From contig JBODTK010000010.1 in the NCBI GenBank assembly GCA_050613775.1, positions 992,001 through 1,056,000 on the forward strand: a DNA stretch of 64,000 nucleotides, given 5' to 3'. Source of the stretch: Neocallimastix sp. 'constans'. Its lineage: Eukaryota. The stretch's first letter is position 1. Every line of letters starts with the position of its first letter. The notes below the pieces were generated by a model. That model was given only the letters and a program-made list of their open reading frames with translations, was not told where the DNA came from and searched no databases. Shown in pieces: positions 1-14,807 of the stretch. A program made the translations under genes and the position numbers.

Positions 1-989
1 TATCATCATTGTCATCACCTTCAACAATATCAAATAGCATAAACCCATCCACTTTACCTTTATTATCAAATATCTTAGGAACCTCCAAAACCTCCACTTT
101 AATTAAATATTGGTTTGATTGTCGATCCTTAAAAGATTTCAATTTGGAAGCTTGGTTAGACAATTACAGTGAAGAGAAAACAAAAAAAGTATTTCAATCT
201 ATCTTTAAGCAAGAACAAACGGTTTACGAGATTGCATCTTCAACAAAACAAAGCACTAATTCCATGAACCCTTTGAAAAAGAATATTAAAGTAAATATTA
301 ATGAAAATCCAAGTACAACGTCAAATCAGAACCATTCTACAAAGAAGGATCATAAAAATATAATTAAAAATGAAAAAAATGATGACATTATAATTTCTAA
401 AATTGAACAAATGACATCGAATCTTTCGGTAAGAACGTGTACATTAGATCAATTAAGAAATTTGAAATTAAAAATTAAAAACTTTATTAAAGAAGAAACT
501 CTCAATACTCAAAATTCATATGGATTTTCGATGCTTATGATTCTGGTCAGTATTAATGACAAAGAAAATCTTGAAAAAATACTGAGCTACCCTTACCTTA
601 ATATGAATTTACAAGATCGGTATGGTGAAACTGCACTTATTAAAGCCGTGAGTAGCGATAATGTTGAATTAGTTCAAATACTCTTAACAAAACATCAACC
701 CTTCCAATCAAAATCATCAGAAGCATCAACTTCAATAAAAGAAACCGACAACTCAAAACAATTATTACACCTTGATTCCCAAATATTTGATACCTTAGAA
801 ACCATTTCAAAAGAAATAAATATCTATCGTAATAGAAAAGAACATCAAATTAAAAGTTTTGTTGATACCTCATTAAAAGATAGTAGTGGCTATAATGCTA
901 AAAAAATTGCCTATATCTATGATAATAAAGAAATTGAAAATTTAATTGATACCTATGATCAGATCATCATTAATAATAAAAATTTATAA
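1..989 (+). CDS. Ankyrin-repeat protein, 3' part (frame is open from the window edge, true start lies upstream)
   Basis: Ankyrin-like motifs NTQNSYGFSMLMILV, NLQDRYGETALIKAVSSDNVELVQILL and SLKDSSGYNAKKIA. The frame continues to position 3 (TCA TCA TTG), so the TTG at 9 is probably not the real start. Stop TAA at 987-989. Confidence 0.75.
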   Translation, partial: SSLSSPSTISNSINPSTLPLLSNILGTSKTSTLIKYWFDCRSLKDFNLEAWLDNYSEEKTKKVFQSIFKQEQTVYEIASSTKQSTNSMNPLKKNIKVNINENPSTTSNQNHSTKKDHKNIIKNEKNDDIIISKIEQMTSNLSVRTCTLDQLRNLKLKIKNFIKEETLNTQNSYGFSMLMILVSINDKENLEKILSYPYLNMNLQDRYGETALIKAVSSDNVELVQILLTKHQPFQSKSSEASTSIKETDNSKQLLHLDSQIFDTLETISKEINIYRNRKEHQIKSFVDTSLKDSSGYNAKKIAYIYDNKEIENLIDTYDQIIINNKNL

Positions 990-1202
990 ATTAAATATAA
1001 TGAAAAAAAAAAAAAAAAAAAAAAAAGTTTTTTTTTTTCTCTATATATAAAATTAGTTATTATCCTTTTCAATAAAAAAATAATAATAATAACCTCTTAA
1101 TGTATAATAATAAAAATTAAAATTACATATTAAAATCATGTATAAAAACTTTAATAAAATATTGATTATATATATTTCTATATAATAAATTAAATGTTTA
1201 AA

Positions 1203-1239
<37 letters not shown>

Positions 1240-1422
1240 TAATATAAAATAAAAGATATTTGGACATAAATATATAACTAAAAATTTTTTCCTTTCTTAA
1301 TTTTTTAATATGACTATTTTAACTACGTATTAACATACATATCAAAATTAATATACACTAATTTTGTTATTATAAAGCTAAATATTAAAAACATTACCAC
1401 TATATATTAATATTATTAATAG

Positions 1423-1473
<51 letters not shown>

Positions 1474-2038
1474 TATTATTAATGATATTAAAATAAAATA
1501 AAATAAAATAATTAACTATAGCTTATTTATTCTATAAGTATTTATTAACTGAACTATATTTCTTAACCACAAAATAGCCAACATTTTAAAAGTTTTTTTT
1601 TTTTTTTTTTAATAAAAGAATTAAATATGTACATAAAATAGTTAATTTAATTTAATATATGATGAATTAAATAATGAATATATATAAGAATACACAAATA
1701 TTTAATAACTTTTTTTATTTAAATAATTAAAATGATTTAAAATATATATAGGTAAATTATTTATTAATTTTAATTTTAATTAAAAAGCTTTATTTACTCT
1801 TAACAATAATACATTAAAAAAAATATATATATTTATTTATTTATTTTTTTTTTATTTTATTTTTTTTTCATTCTTAAAAAGATATTTGAAAAAACGGTTA
1901 AATTTGAAAAAATAACAAATTTTCTTTATCTTATACTTTTATAATTTTTAAAGTACATATATAATATTCTACAATTTTTTTTTTTTTTTTTTTTAAATAT
2001 CTTTAAAAATAAATATATATAAATTAATTTAATATAAC

Positions 2039-2291
2039 ATGGATGAATCAACCACTTTTCTTACACCAATGGACGATTGGAGTGACCGATGGAATAATAT
2101 TAATAAATATTTAGAAAGATCTGGTCCTTTCACTGATCCTGGATTCAAACCTGGAGAACAAGTACATACTTAACAAAACTAAATAAATATAATTATCTTT
2201 TATATATATATATATTTACATATTATTTTAAACCGAAATTCATTTATAAATATTGAAGAATTATATATATACTCAATAATAACAGTAATAA

Positions 2292-2339
<48 letters not shown>

Positions 2340-3782
2340 ATTAAAATTTATTGTCAAATATGTAAAAAAAAAAAATTAACAAAAATAAAAATATTTTAAA
2401 AAATACTTAATAAATAATAATGAAATTAAAATAAAATAACATAAATAAAATTAAATATATAAAATTTATAAAATTTATAAAATTTATAAAATCAAAATCA
2501 ATAAAAATTAAAAAAGAATTTATAAAATTTAAGACTTCTTATCTTTTTTTTTTTTTTTTTTTTTTTTTTTCTTTATTAATAATGATATATAAATATAAAA
2601 TAATGAAATAATAATAAATTAAATTTATAATCTTATTTTAATTATAGGTAAAATCATTTCTTCATGAACAATGTAAAGTTTTAGTCATAGGTGCTGGTGG
2701 TTTAGGTTGTGAATTATTAAAAAATCTTGCTATGATGGGTTTTAAAGATATACATGTCATTGATATGGATACTATCGATATTTCCAATTTAAATCGTCAA
2801 TTCTTATTTAGGTACTTTTTTTTTTATTTCTCATTAAATGTTTTTAATGCTTCTAATATAAAAAGAAAAAAAATAAAAAAATAAAAACAAAAATATTTTT
2901 ATAATATATTTCAATAAATATAAAGAAATGAAATTTCAAATTAATTGAAAATCTTTTTTTTACTCTTTAAATTTAAAATTTTTTATATACATATAACCTA
3001 ATTTTATATTATTATAGACCAGAAGATGTTGGTAAATCAAAAGCAATTGCTGCTTCTGAATTTATTACTAAAAGAGTACCAGGTGTTAAAGTTACACCGT
3101 AAGTTATTCAATAAATATTATATATATTATTAAGTGTAAATTTATACATAATATTATGAGTATTTCTATAATCATTATCTTTTTTTTTTTTTTTTTTTTT
3201 TTCTTTTATATATATGTTAAATAAATTATAAAATTTGAATATAATTATATAACCATACATTATATATAAATAAAAATATATAAATAATTAGATATTTTGG
3301 TAAAATTCAAGATAAAGATGAAGAATATTACTCTCAATTTACCATTATTATTTGTGGTTTAGATTCTGTTGAAGCTAGACGTTGGATTAATGCTACTTTA
3401 GTAAACCTTTGTGATTTGGATAATCCAGAATCTTTAAAACCTTTAATTGATGGTGGTACAGAAGGTTTCAAGGGTCAAGCTCGTGTTATTTTACCAAGAA
3501 TTACTTCTTGTTATGAATGTTCTTTAGATATGCATACAAAACCAGTCACCTATCCAATGTGTACTATTGCCAATACTCCAAGAATACCTGAACATTGTAT
3601 TGAATATGCTTCTGTTGTTGAATTCCCAAAAGCTTTCCCAAGTAAATATAAAAAAATAATAATAATAATAAATAATAATAATAGTAATAACAATAATAAT
3701 AAAATAATAATCAATTAAATATATACTTATAAATTATATATATATTTTTTTTCTATCATATATATTAAACATGATTATATAA

Positions 3783-3822
<40 letters not shown>

Positions 3823-4112
3823 AATAAATAAAAATAAAAATAATAATAATGATAATAAATATAAATAATAATAATAGATAAAAAAGTGGATACAGATAGT
3901 GTAGAAGATCTTACATGGATTTATCAATGTGCACTTAAACGTGCTAATCAATTTAATATTGAAGGTGTTACTTATCAATTAACTCAAGGTGTTGTTAAAC
4001 ATATTATTCCATCCATTGCTTCAACTAATGCTATTATTGCAGGTAACCTATAATAATAATAATAATAATAATAATTACTATTAAAGAAAAAAAAGCAAAT
4101 AGATAAAAGATC

Positions 4113-4146
<34 letters not shown>

Positions 4147-4490
4147 TAACGAATATATTTATGAATATATATATAATATAACAAAATAAATATTAATAAA
4201 TATCAATTCTTACGAATAAAAAAATAAATAAATAAATAGCTGCTTGTGCTAATGAAGCTTTCAAAATTGCTACCAATTGTACTTCCTATCTCAATAATTA
4301 TTTCATGTATATTGGAGATGGTGGTATCTATACCCATACCTTTGAACATCAAAAGAAGGATGACTGTCCAGTTTGTGGTTATGAACAAATTCAAATGACA
4401 GTGAATCCAAAATTAAAATTGAAAGATTTTATTCAAATGTTAATTGAAAGACCAGATATGTAAGTTTAATTTTTTTATTTATTTATCTAT

Positions 4491-4565
<75 letters not shown>

Positions 4566-4970
4566 TTGATATAATCATTGTTTTAATATATATATATATA
4601 CATTAATAATTATATATAACATTTTTGTAATTCTAATTTTATATATTTTATATATGATATATTATATATATAAATTATATATAAATTATATATATTATAT
4701 ATTTATAAAAATATTTGTTTTTATATATTTTTATATTCCATTAGATCAATTAAGAAACCAAGTATTGGTTCTGCAACCAAGCCATTATATATGCAAGCAC
4801 CAAAGAATTTAGAAATGGCAACTCGTCCTAACCTGGAAAAAACATTGGAAGAACTTGTTGATGAAAATGAAGAAGTCATCGTTACTGATCCTGCTTTACC
4901 TATCAGTATGCATATTGGTTTTACATATTCATTAGATGAGAAATTAGTGGATGATGTTGTGAATGCTTAA
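2039..4970 (+). CDS. UBA3: NEDD8-activating enzyme E1 catalytic subunit (Uba3), 7 exons, about 442 aa
   Basis: Exons 2039-2161, 2648-2811, 3018-3098, 3292-3641, 3878-4042, 4240-4459, 4745-4970, all GT-AG and in phase. Motifs: [62 protein letters not shown], active-site [36 protein letters not shown] zinc knuckle, C-terminal E2-binding region (LYMQAP...TRPNLEKTL). Confidence 0.96.
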
Positions 4971-5089
4971 GGAAAGAAGAAGAAGAAGAAAAAAAAGTAA
5001 ATGATATGAATTAATAAAAATTAAAATAATTAAAGGAACAAAAAAAAAATAATAATAAATAAATAAATAAATAAATTGAAAATAAAATG

Positions 5090-5124
<35 letters not shown>

Positions 5125-5727
5125 CAAAGAATAAAATGTTAATGTTAAATAAATAAATAATAAAAATATTTGATTTATTTGGTCATAATAATAATTTTTT
5201 TTTTTTTTTTTTTCATATCATAAATATTTCCTTAAACCATTCAACTAAATTTATACCATTTTTAATAATATTATATGAAATAAAAAAATAATAATAATAA
5301 ATAAATAAATAAAAATAAATAAAAAAAAAATGTATATAACAAATAAAAAATGATTATAACAATACATACTAAAAATTAATAAATAAATAAATAAATATAA
5401 ATAAATAAACAAAACGATTTATAAAAAAAAAACATATATATATATATATATATATCATAATATTTTTAATAATATTTATTTAATAAAAATAATAATAATA
5501 ATGTACAGGAAGATATAATAGTTTGAACTATTTTTAATTTATTAATTATTCAAAAGCTTTTTTTCTTTTTTTTTGTTTTGTTTTGTTTTTTTTTTTTTTT
5601 TATTTTATTTGATTTTAATATTTATAAAGAAATAAATAAATAAATAAAAAAAATATATGTATATATATTAAGAAAAAAGTATTATATATATTTATTTATT
5701 ATTTATTAAATTGATATAGTGTATTTA

Positions 5728-5758
<31 letters not shown>

Positions 5759-6853
5759 AAATAATAATAATAATAATTTATGTTTTAAAAAAATAAAAAA
5801 AATAAAATAAATAATAAATTAAATAAATTAATTAATTAAATTATATATATAGAAATAATAAAAATAGTAAAAGTAATAATGAAAATAGTGAAAATAGTGA
5901 GTTAAAACATATTATAAACATATATATATTAAATAAAAATAAAAATAATAAATAATAAATAAATAAAAAGAAAAAGAAAAATTAAAAAGAAAAATAAAAA
6001 AGAAAAAAAAAAAAAAATAGATTTTAAATTTATTTAATGTATATATTATTATAATAGTTAAAAAAAAAAAAAGGTATTATTTTTTTTTTTTTTTATAAAT
6101 AAATATTATCTTTAATAATATTTAAATATTAAATATTAATATTATACTTATATTATATTATTAATTATTTATATTACAACATTTATACAATTTTTTTTAT
6201 ATAAGTTTTTTTTTTTTTTTTTAATTTTTTTTTTTTTTTAAAAAATTATTTAATTATAGTAAAAGAGTAATAAAATAAAAAATAATATAATATATTTTAT
6301 ATATATAGGTAAGATTATATTATTTTTATTTTTATTAATTATATTAATTATCACTCTCTCCATTGGTAAATTTTCTGTTTTTGTTTTGTTTTGTTTTGTT
6401 TTTGTTCCTTTTTTTTTTATTTGTTTTGTTTTGTTTGTTTTTTTTTGTTTTTTTTGTTTTTTTTTTTGTTTTTGTTTTTCCATTAATGTTCTTCATCATT
6501 TTTTTTTTTTTTGGTTTTTTTTTTTTCATCATTTTATTTTTATTTATTTGATATTATTTATTTTTATTTTTTTTTTTTTATTTTTTATTTTTTTATTTTT
6601 TTATTTTTTTGTTTCTTTAATTTTCTTCCTTCCTTTCTTCCTTTCTTCTTTTTCATCCCTTTTTTTTTTTTTTTTTCATTATCATCATCATTATTATTAT
6701 TTTTTTTTTCTTTTTTATTTTATTTTTATTCTTTTTATATTATATTTTATTATTATGATTATGTTATCATTTTTTTTAAAAAAAAAAGAAAAAAAAATTA
6801 AAAGGTCTAAAAAAAGAAAGAAAAATACAATAATTTTTTTTTTTTTTTTTAAT

Positions 6854-9800
6854 CTAAGATGAATTAGAACCATGAACACGAATACGATAAATACAGGTAT
6901 AATCGGAATTACCCCAATTTTCTAAAAATTGAAATTGAAGATATTGAATAGGTTTATCTAAATGAGAAGGTAAATCAAAAGTTTGAAGTGATTTCTTTGA
7001 AGGATCAAACTCAATTTTTCCTAAAAGGGTAGTAAATGGCTTCTCTTGACCAAAAAGTTCACGTTTACCTATAATATAATCCTCAGAAAAAGCTTTAATA
7101 TCTTGAATGGCATAAACTTCAATAAAACGTGGTGCTGAAGAAACAGAAAAAGATATTTCTTTTGCTAAATGTTCCACGGTAATTTGAGTTGGTATCACAT
7201 TCTTGGCTAATTTAAGAGTTAATACCCCTTGAGTTCCTTTCATAGCCCAACATTCTCCTGGATGTATAGAAGGTTGAATAGCTTCAGTTGGTGGTCTGCC
7301 AGGTTTAATAGCAATACCAAGAATATTACTTATTTTACCAACAATACCATCAGGTTGAAGTTTATAAGTATCAGTAGTTAACTTGGAAATGACACGAGCA
7401 CCACTACTCTCCAAGGCATAATCAGGTAAACCCACAGCATCTTGTTGATAAGCTTTTTCTGTCATTTCAGCAACCTGTTCTGAAATAGTTCCCAATAATT
7501 CATCATACTCCTTAGATAACTTTTCTTGACTTTGAGAAAGGACCTTCAAAACATCAGAGATTTCAGATAAATTCTTTTCCGTCCTACTGACACCACTTTG
7601 AAGTGAATCATACTTGCTTTTAATTTCTTCCAATTGTTCATGATCCTCATTTTGACGATTTTGAAGTTCAATATAATTAATAATATTTTGTTTGGATTCA
7701 TTTTCATCAATGGAAAGAGAAAGTTTATTCATTCTATCCTCAACCTCGGTTAAACGTTCATTTGCATTATTAAATAAACTATGAATCGATTCAAATTGTT
7801 TAAGATTGGCTCCATCACCTTTTTCTAATTGATTTTGCATATCTTTAAATTTATCAAATAAGGAAGAAAGTTCTTGATGAAGATTAATCAACTTCTGTTC
7901 ATTTTCATTAATCTTTTCAGAATCTTTGGAAGAAGTTTCGGAAGCTTTCTTTCCTAACTCTTTAATTTTTTCATTCATGTCCTTTATTTCGTTCTTTAGT
8001 ATTTGAAGATCCGAATTACTAGATTTAGCATCTGAAAGTTTACTAATCTCTGCCTTATAATTATCCAATACCTTTTTCATATTTCCAATTTCTTCTTCAA
8101 ATTGTACTAATTTTTCATTATTTGGAGAAATTTTTTTATCAAAATAAGTATTGATTTGATCCTTATAATTCTCTTGTAAATTATTAATTTCTTGAGAAAT
8201 TTGTTCTATATCATTTTTAAATTTCAAAAACATTTCATTATATTTAACTTCATTAAAATCTCTGGATAATTCTTCTGAATCTTTAACTAAAAAATTTGTC
8301 TTATCAGTAAGAACATTAATTTGAGTTTGGATAAGATCAAGACGTTTATTTAAATTACCAATGAGCTTATTATAGGTTTCAGTATTTCCTACTACTGGAG
8401 ATGTTGAAGATGGGTTTGAAATAGGCACAGCAGTAAAAGGTGAACGAACATGATCCCATAATGATTTCCAATATTCATTTCTTGAAGAAAATGATCGTAC
8501 ACCTGAAAGATATTTAAATTCTGAAAGAACTGAATCAACATATCTTGAATCTATAGTACAATATCCAATAATAAATACTAATAAAAATAAAAATGGTCTT
8601 TTATTATAAATAATGAGTATATAAGTATATCATAATTTGATTGAATAAAAAATATATATGTATATTGTTATAAATATATATAATATTAAAAATATATATA
8701 TAAAATTGAAAATATATAAATATATATATATTAGTCTAATTTTTCAAAAATTAAAAATATTATTAATTATTATTATTATAATTATATTATTTAAGATTTT
8801 ATATGCTTTTTTTTTTTTTTTTATTGTTATTTTTTTTTTTTAATTTATTTTTTTTTTATTTTTTATTTTTTATTTTTTATTTATTTATTAATTTATTTAT
8901 TTATTTAACATACTTTGATGTAAATAATTGATATAATCCATATAATAATAATGAAATAAATTTTACAAGAACTTTAATTGGGTATATTATGTAATATAAA
9001 AAAGCTAATTATAATAAATATAGATAATTATATATTAATAATAATTATTAATAATATAATAATATAATTAATAAAAAAATTATTCAATTATATTGAACAT
9101 TATATTTAAAAAGATAATAATTTATACTAATTGATTATAACAATATATATATATATATATTATAATGAACTTACGATTTTCTTTAATCAATAAATCTTCT
9201 TCTATTACATAGTCATCATTATTATTAAAAAGATTTTGAGGTATTGGCTTGTTAACATGAATAGGACTATGGTTTTTAAGATTAGGTTGATAACTTAAAC
9301 CAATATGTGGTGATGAAAATTTACTCATTGATGGTTCCTTTCTATTATCATCATTAATTAGTGTTTCTTCCTTTGATAATTTTAAAAATGTATTTGTTCT
9401 AGGAACACTATTGGTAATATTTGGATATATTTTACGATAAGATGATGGAGTCTAAATATATGTATATATTATTATATTATATATATATATATATTTTAAT
9501 ATAATATATAACAAAGTTTAATAATCAAAATATTTAAAATATTAATAATTTTTATTATTAAAAATTTTTTAATATACATTCAAAATGTAAATCATAAAAT
9601 AAAAATAATATTCATAATAATAAAGTATTTATATTATATAGTAATTAAAAATTTATAATTTTATATTAATTTTTATATTATTAAATCATTTCAATTAAAA
9701 TTTAATACATATAAGAGAAATAAAATAATTATAATAAATAAAAATTTAAAAAATATATATACGTATTTTTTATTTTTTATACAAATATAAATTAAAATTT

Positions 9801-10348
9801 AAACTTACTGAATGACTACTATTTAAATTAAATTTATTTGGTTTTGTAGAATTGGGTCTCATATAATAATTTATTTCTTCTATGTCTTCTGTATTTGCAT
9901 GATTCATTTCAGTTTTACTTTTTAGTCTTGCAGAACCAGTGATATCTTCGGTTTCAGAATTATCAAAGGACTCTTCTATTTTTGTGGCATCATCTTCGTC
10001 ACTACTATTATTATTACTATGAGATACTACAATTGTAGATTTTCTATATGATAAAGGTGAATAGTCTTGTTCTAATCTAGTATTATAAGTGTTTGTAGGG
10101 GAAGTACTATTTGTTGGATTAACTAATGTTTGATTTTCAGTTGAAATATTATCATTTGAACTTTCATATATTTTATGTCTTTGATTTTTTTCTTCTTCTC
10201 TTCTTTGTTGCAAACGACGTGTTACTATTCGTTGCGCTTCAAGAATTTCTGCTGCTATATTAACGGAACTCTTGGATTCCGAATCTAATTGATCGGACCC
10301 TTGATTACCGTTTATTGTTTCATATGAAGATGACATTGCAACAATCAT
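6854..10348 (-). CDS. SUN-domain (Sad1/UNC-84 family) inner nuclear membrane protein, 4 exons, about 880 aa
   Basis: Exons 10348-9809 (start could also be 10336), 9451-9175, 9004-8914, 8597-6854, in phase. Low-complexity N-terminus, hydrophobic segments (FLYYIIYPIKVLVKFISLLLYGLYQLF, PFLFLLVFIIGYC), long coiled coil, then the C-terminal SUN domain: PDYALESSGARVI, PGECWAM, ITVEHL, SSAPRFIEVY, NWGNSDYTCIYRIRVHG. Confidence 0.93.
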
Positions 10349-12855
10349 TATAAATTATTTTTTTTTATTTTATTATAATTATTTTATTATTTGTATTATT
10401 TAAGCTGAATTTTATTTTATTTATTTTTTTTTTTTTTTTTTTAATTATTCTGTTTTAATTTAAATATTTATACTTTAAGCGTTAAAAGTATATCTTATAT
10501 ATATACATTAAAAAAAAAATAATAGAGTATTTAACCTATTACTTCCAATTTTTTTTCTTTTTTTTTTTCTTTTTTTTTCTTTTTATTTTTATTTATTTAT
10601 TTATTTTTTTATTATTATTTCTTTTAAAAATTATATTTATGTTATTAAATTATAAAAAATAAATTTCAATATATATATTTAAATATAATTAAAAATTATG
10701 CTATGTTTTACACATTTTAATTATTTTTTTTTTAATATTAAATAAAAAAAATTTTTTATTTTGTTTTTATATTATTCTGTGTTTATACAATAACAATAAC
10801 GAAAAGAAAAATAAAAACAAAATAAAATAGTATAAAATAGTTAACAATAATAAAATAAGAAGAAAATAAAAAGAAATAAAAAAAATTTTAAAAAAAAAAA
10901 AAAAAAAAAAAATGAAATAAAAAAAAAATAAAAAAAAAAAATAAAAAAATAAAAATTAAAATGAAAAAATTTAATTAATTATAAAAATTTTTCTTTTTTT
11001 TTTTTTAATTTTTGATTATATTTAATTATATTAAAAAATTTTTAAATTTTTTAATTTTTAAATTTTTTTTTATTAAATTAACGATTAAATATTAATAATT
11101 AAAATTTACTAAGCAAAAAAAAAATTAAGGTTAGATTAAAATTAACCTCGTTAATTAAAATTTTATTTATTTATTTATTTATTTATTTATTTTATTTATT
11201 TATTTTATTTATTTATTTTATTTATTTTATTTATTTTTCATTCACTTATTTAATATATTTTAATTTATTATATTATTTTTTTTTTCAATTTTTATTATAA
11301 TTTTTTCTTCAATTTCTGAATCTTTAAATAAAAATATAAATTATACAAATCTTTACCACCATTTATTACAATATTTTATTTATATTAAGCGCAGTTTTTT
11401 TTTTTTGTATAAAAAAAATATGCATTAATTAAAAAAAAATTAAAATTTAATTATAATAAAAAAAAAAATAAACAACTGAAAAAAAAAAAAAAAAAAAAAA
11501 AAATGATAAATCTAATTTTTTAAATTTTTTTTATTTTTTATTTGATTTTTTTTTTTTTTTAATATACCTTTTAAACAATAGTTTAATTATTACATTAATC
11601 AAAACTTTAATAATAAAATAAACAAATAAAATATTTTTGGCGAATATTATTTTAATAATAAAAATATCTACCATGAAAAAAAAAATTAATATATAAAAAT
11701 TTCAATTAATCTTGATTTTTAAAGTTTAGCACTGTGACATGATAAGTAATTAATTTATTAAAAAATATAAAATACATAATATATTATATTATATCAATTC
11801 AAGAAATAAATAATTTATATATATTTTTTTTATAAACAAACACCAAAAAAAAAAAAAATGAAGTTAACTTTCAAATTAAAAATTTAAGCTCTAATTTATT
11901 TTTAATTTTATTTATTATAAAAAAAAAAATAATAATAATACATATTTTCTTATATCGTTGATTAAATTGTTTTCAATTTTTTTTTATAGATAATAAAGTT
12001 TGTTTAAACAATAAAGGATTTAAAAACAAAAAACAAAAAAAACAAAAAAAAAAATGCATTAAAAAAAAGTATAAACATATATATTATAAAGGAATACAGT
12101 ATTTTTTTTATTATTACTACTACTATTATTATTTTCGATTTTAAATATTATTTTATTACGAAAATATATTAACATATTTAAACTTTAAAACATATAATAT
12201 TAATATGTTACAGCCAACAATAAAAATAAAGAAAAATAAAGAAAAATAAAAGGATAAAAACAAATATAAAAATTAAAAATTAAAAAAAAAAAAAAAAAGA
12301 AATATTAAAATTTAATTAAAAAAAAAAAAAATAAAATAAAATTAAAATAAAAAAAATAAAATTGAAAACGAATATGTAAAAATAACAAATATTTGATATA
12401 AATAACGAAAATAAAAGAAAACAGTTTTTTTTGTGATTTATTGTCATAAACAATAATATAAGTTATTTTTAAATTTTTAAATGATAATAATTCATTTCAA
12501 ATCTAAATGTTGATAACCGTTTTTTGTGTCGCGTGTAGATATGAACACAATACTACCTAACCCTAATATCTGAAATTAAATTTTTGTATTATACTACACC
12601 CATATTCATTTACTTATTATTACCTAACCCTAATATTAAACATCATTAAATTGATTTTAAAAATTTTATTTTGAAATTATAAAATATATTAATAAATTAA
12701 ATTTAGTAGTAAAATAGTAAAATAGTACAAACAGAAGACACAATTTTTAATAAAATATGAGTAATATAACAAACAAGCGGTTTTATTTTTTTTAATAATT
12801 ATAAATAATATTTTTATTTTTATATATATATATATTTTAATATTTATTTATATAT

Positions 12856-12889
<34 letters not shown>

Positions 12890-13045
12890 TTTTTATTTAT
12901 TATTGTAAATAGATAAATTAAAACTAATAAAAAAAAAAAAATAAAAAAAAATATTAATGATTACAATTGCTACTATAATATGATTTTTGGTCTTATTATT
13001 TATTTTTATTATTAATAATTATTTTAACTATATAATTGATAGTTA

Positions 13046-13079
<34 letters not shown>

Positions 13080-13280
13080 CTGTCTTTATATATATATATA
13101 TAAATATATAAAAGAACAAGTAAAAATAGTCAAAATTAATAATTTATTAAAAGATTATGTTTTTATTGAATAAAATATATTGAATTAAATACTTTTTTTT
13201 TTTTATTTTTTTTTTTTTTTTTATTTTTTATTTTATGTGATGAAATATATAAATTATTAAAATAAAATAAATGATAAATT

Positions 13281-14757
13281 TTAATTGGTTGCTGCGTCTT
13301 GGTTAGTTTTCTTTCTAGTAATTAAATAAATAGATAATAATTTATTTACTTCCTCTAAGAAAGAATATAAATCATGAACATTTGAACCTCCATTATTATT
13401 ATTCATATTCATATTCATATTCATATTTATATTATCTTGTTGAGCTTGAGTTGATATATTTTGATCTTTTATTTCTAATGAAGTTTTAGCTTCATGAATT
13501 GTAGGAGTACTAGCAAGAGATAATGGTGAAGAAGCCATTGTACGTGGAGAATAAACAGATAATGAAGGACTATATAAAGTACTATCTGTTTCATAATCGG
13601 AAGATGACGCCATACGATAATGATGATAAGGTGGTAAAGGTGAAGATAACTTAGGATCATTATTCGAATTGACGTTAGAATTAATTGTTGTTGTTACTGT
13701 AGAAGTAGTAGAAGTAGAAGTTGTCATCGTTGTAGTTATTGTTGTTTGAAGTGAACCATGATGAGAAGTATTAGTAATTTGAGATGGTTCCGATGTAATT
13801 TTCTTTGTTATATCATTATCAGTAACATTGGTAGTTGTAACCATTTTTCCTTTGTCTTTACTATTATTATTATTATTATTATTATTTTCTTGAGGATTAG
13901 CTTTTGCTAACATTTCCTTTTCTAATTCGGTACCACTCAGTAATTTTTTCTCAATAGCAGTAAGCACATTATTAATTCGACCATACATGACATTAGGAAT
14001 AGAATTGATATTATTTTGTAAATTTGTTCTTATATTAACAATTTCTTTAAAAATCCCTGGTCTTTGACTGTATCTTACAAAAAAATTTGCTTTTGATTGT
14101 TGTTGCTGTTGTTGTTCTTTTGGTTGTTGTTGTTCGTCATTTAAGTTTTGATATGTTGATTTAATTAAATCTATTTACAATTTATATTTATATTTGTTTT
14201 AATTTTATTTTATTTCATTTTTTATTTATTTATTTTTAATCATTGTTATTATAATTATTTATAATTTATTTTCATTTTTTTATTTTTTATTTTTTATTTT
14301 TTATTTTATTTTATTTTATTATTATTATTATCATTATTAATATTATATTTTTTTATTTTTTATTTTTTTTATTTTTTTATTTTTTTTTTATTTTTTTTTT
14401 TAAATGTTTATTTTATTTATTTTTTATATTTATTTTATTATTTTTGGTATTTATAGTATTATTTTATTTTTAATTAATTATTATTATTTAATTTTTATTA
14501 TATTGTATTTTTATATATATATTATGTAATTTTTCATCATTATTAATAATAATATTTTTTTAATTTTATTAATGAGTGAAAAATGGATGATTATATAACA
14601 AACAATAATTATAAAAATAAAAAATAATAAAATTAATATTAATAAATATTAAATTAATTAGTAAAAAAAAAAAGTATTGTTGATTTATTTAATTATAGTA
14701 TATATATAATATATATAAATCTTATAAATCTATTTATTTATTATATCTATTTTTTAA

Positions 14758-14807
<50 letters not shown>

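Noticed and set aside
6250..6862. Cluster of Phe-rich and Lys-rich ORFs on both strands
   Set aside because: They are translations of T/A homopolymer-rich sequence downstream of the SUN stop codon, with no coding complexity.
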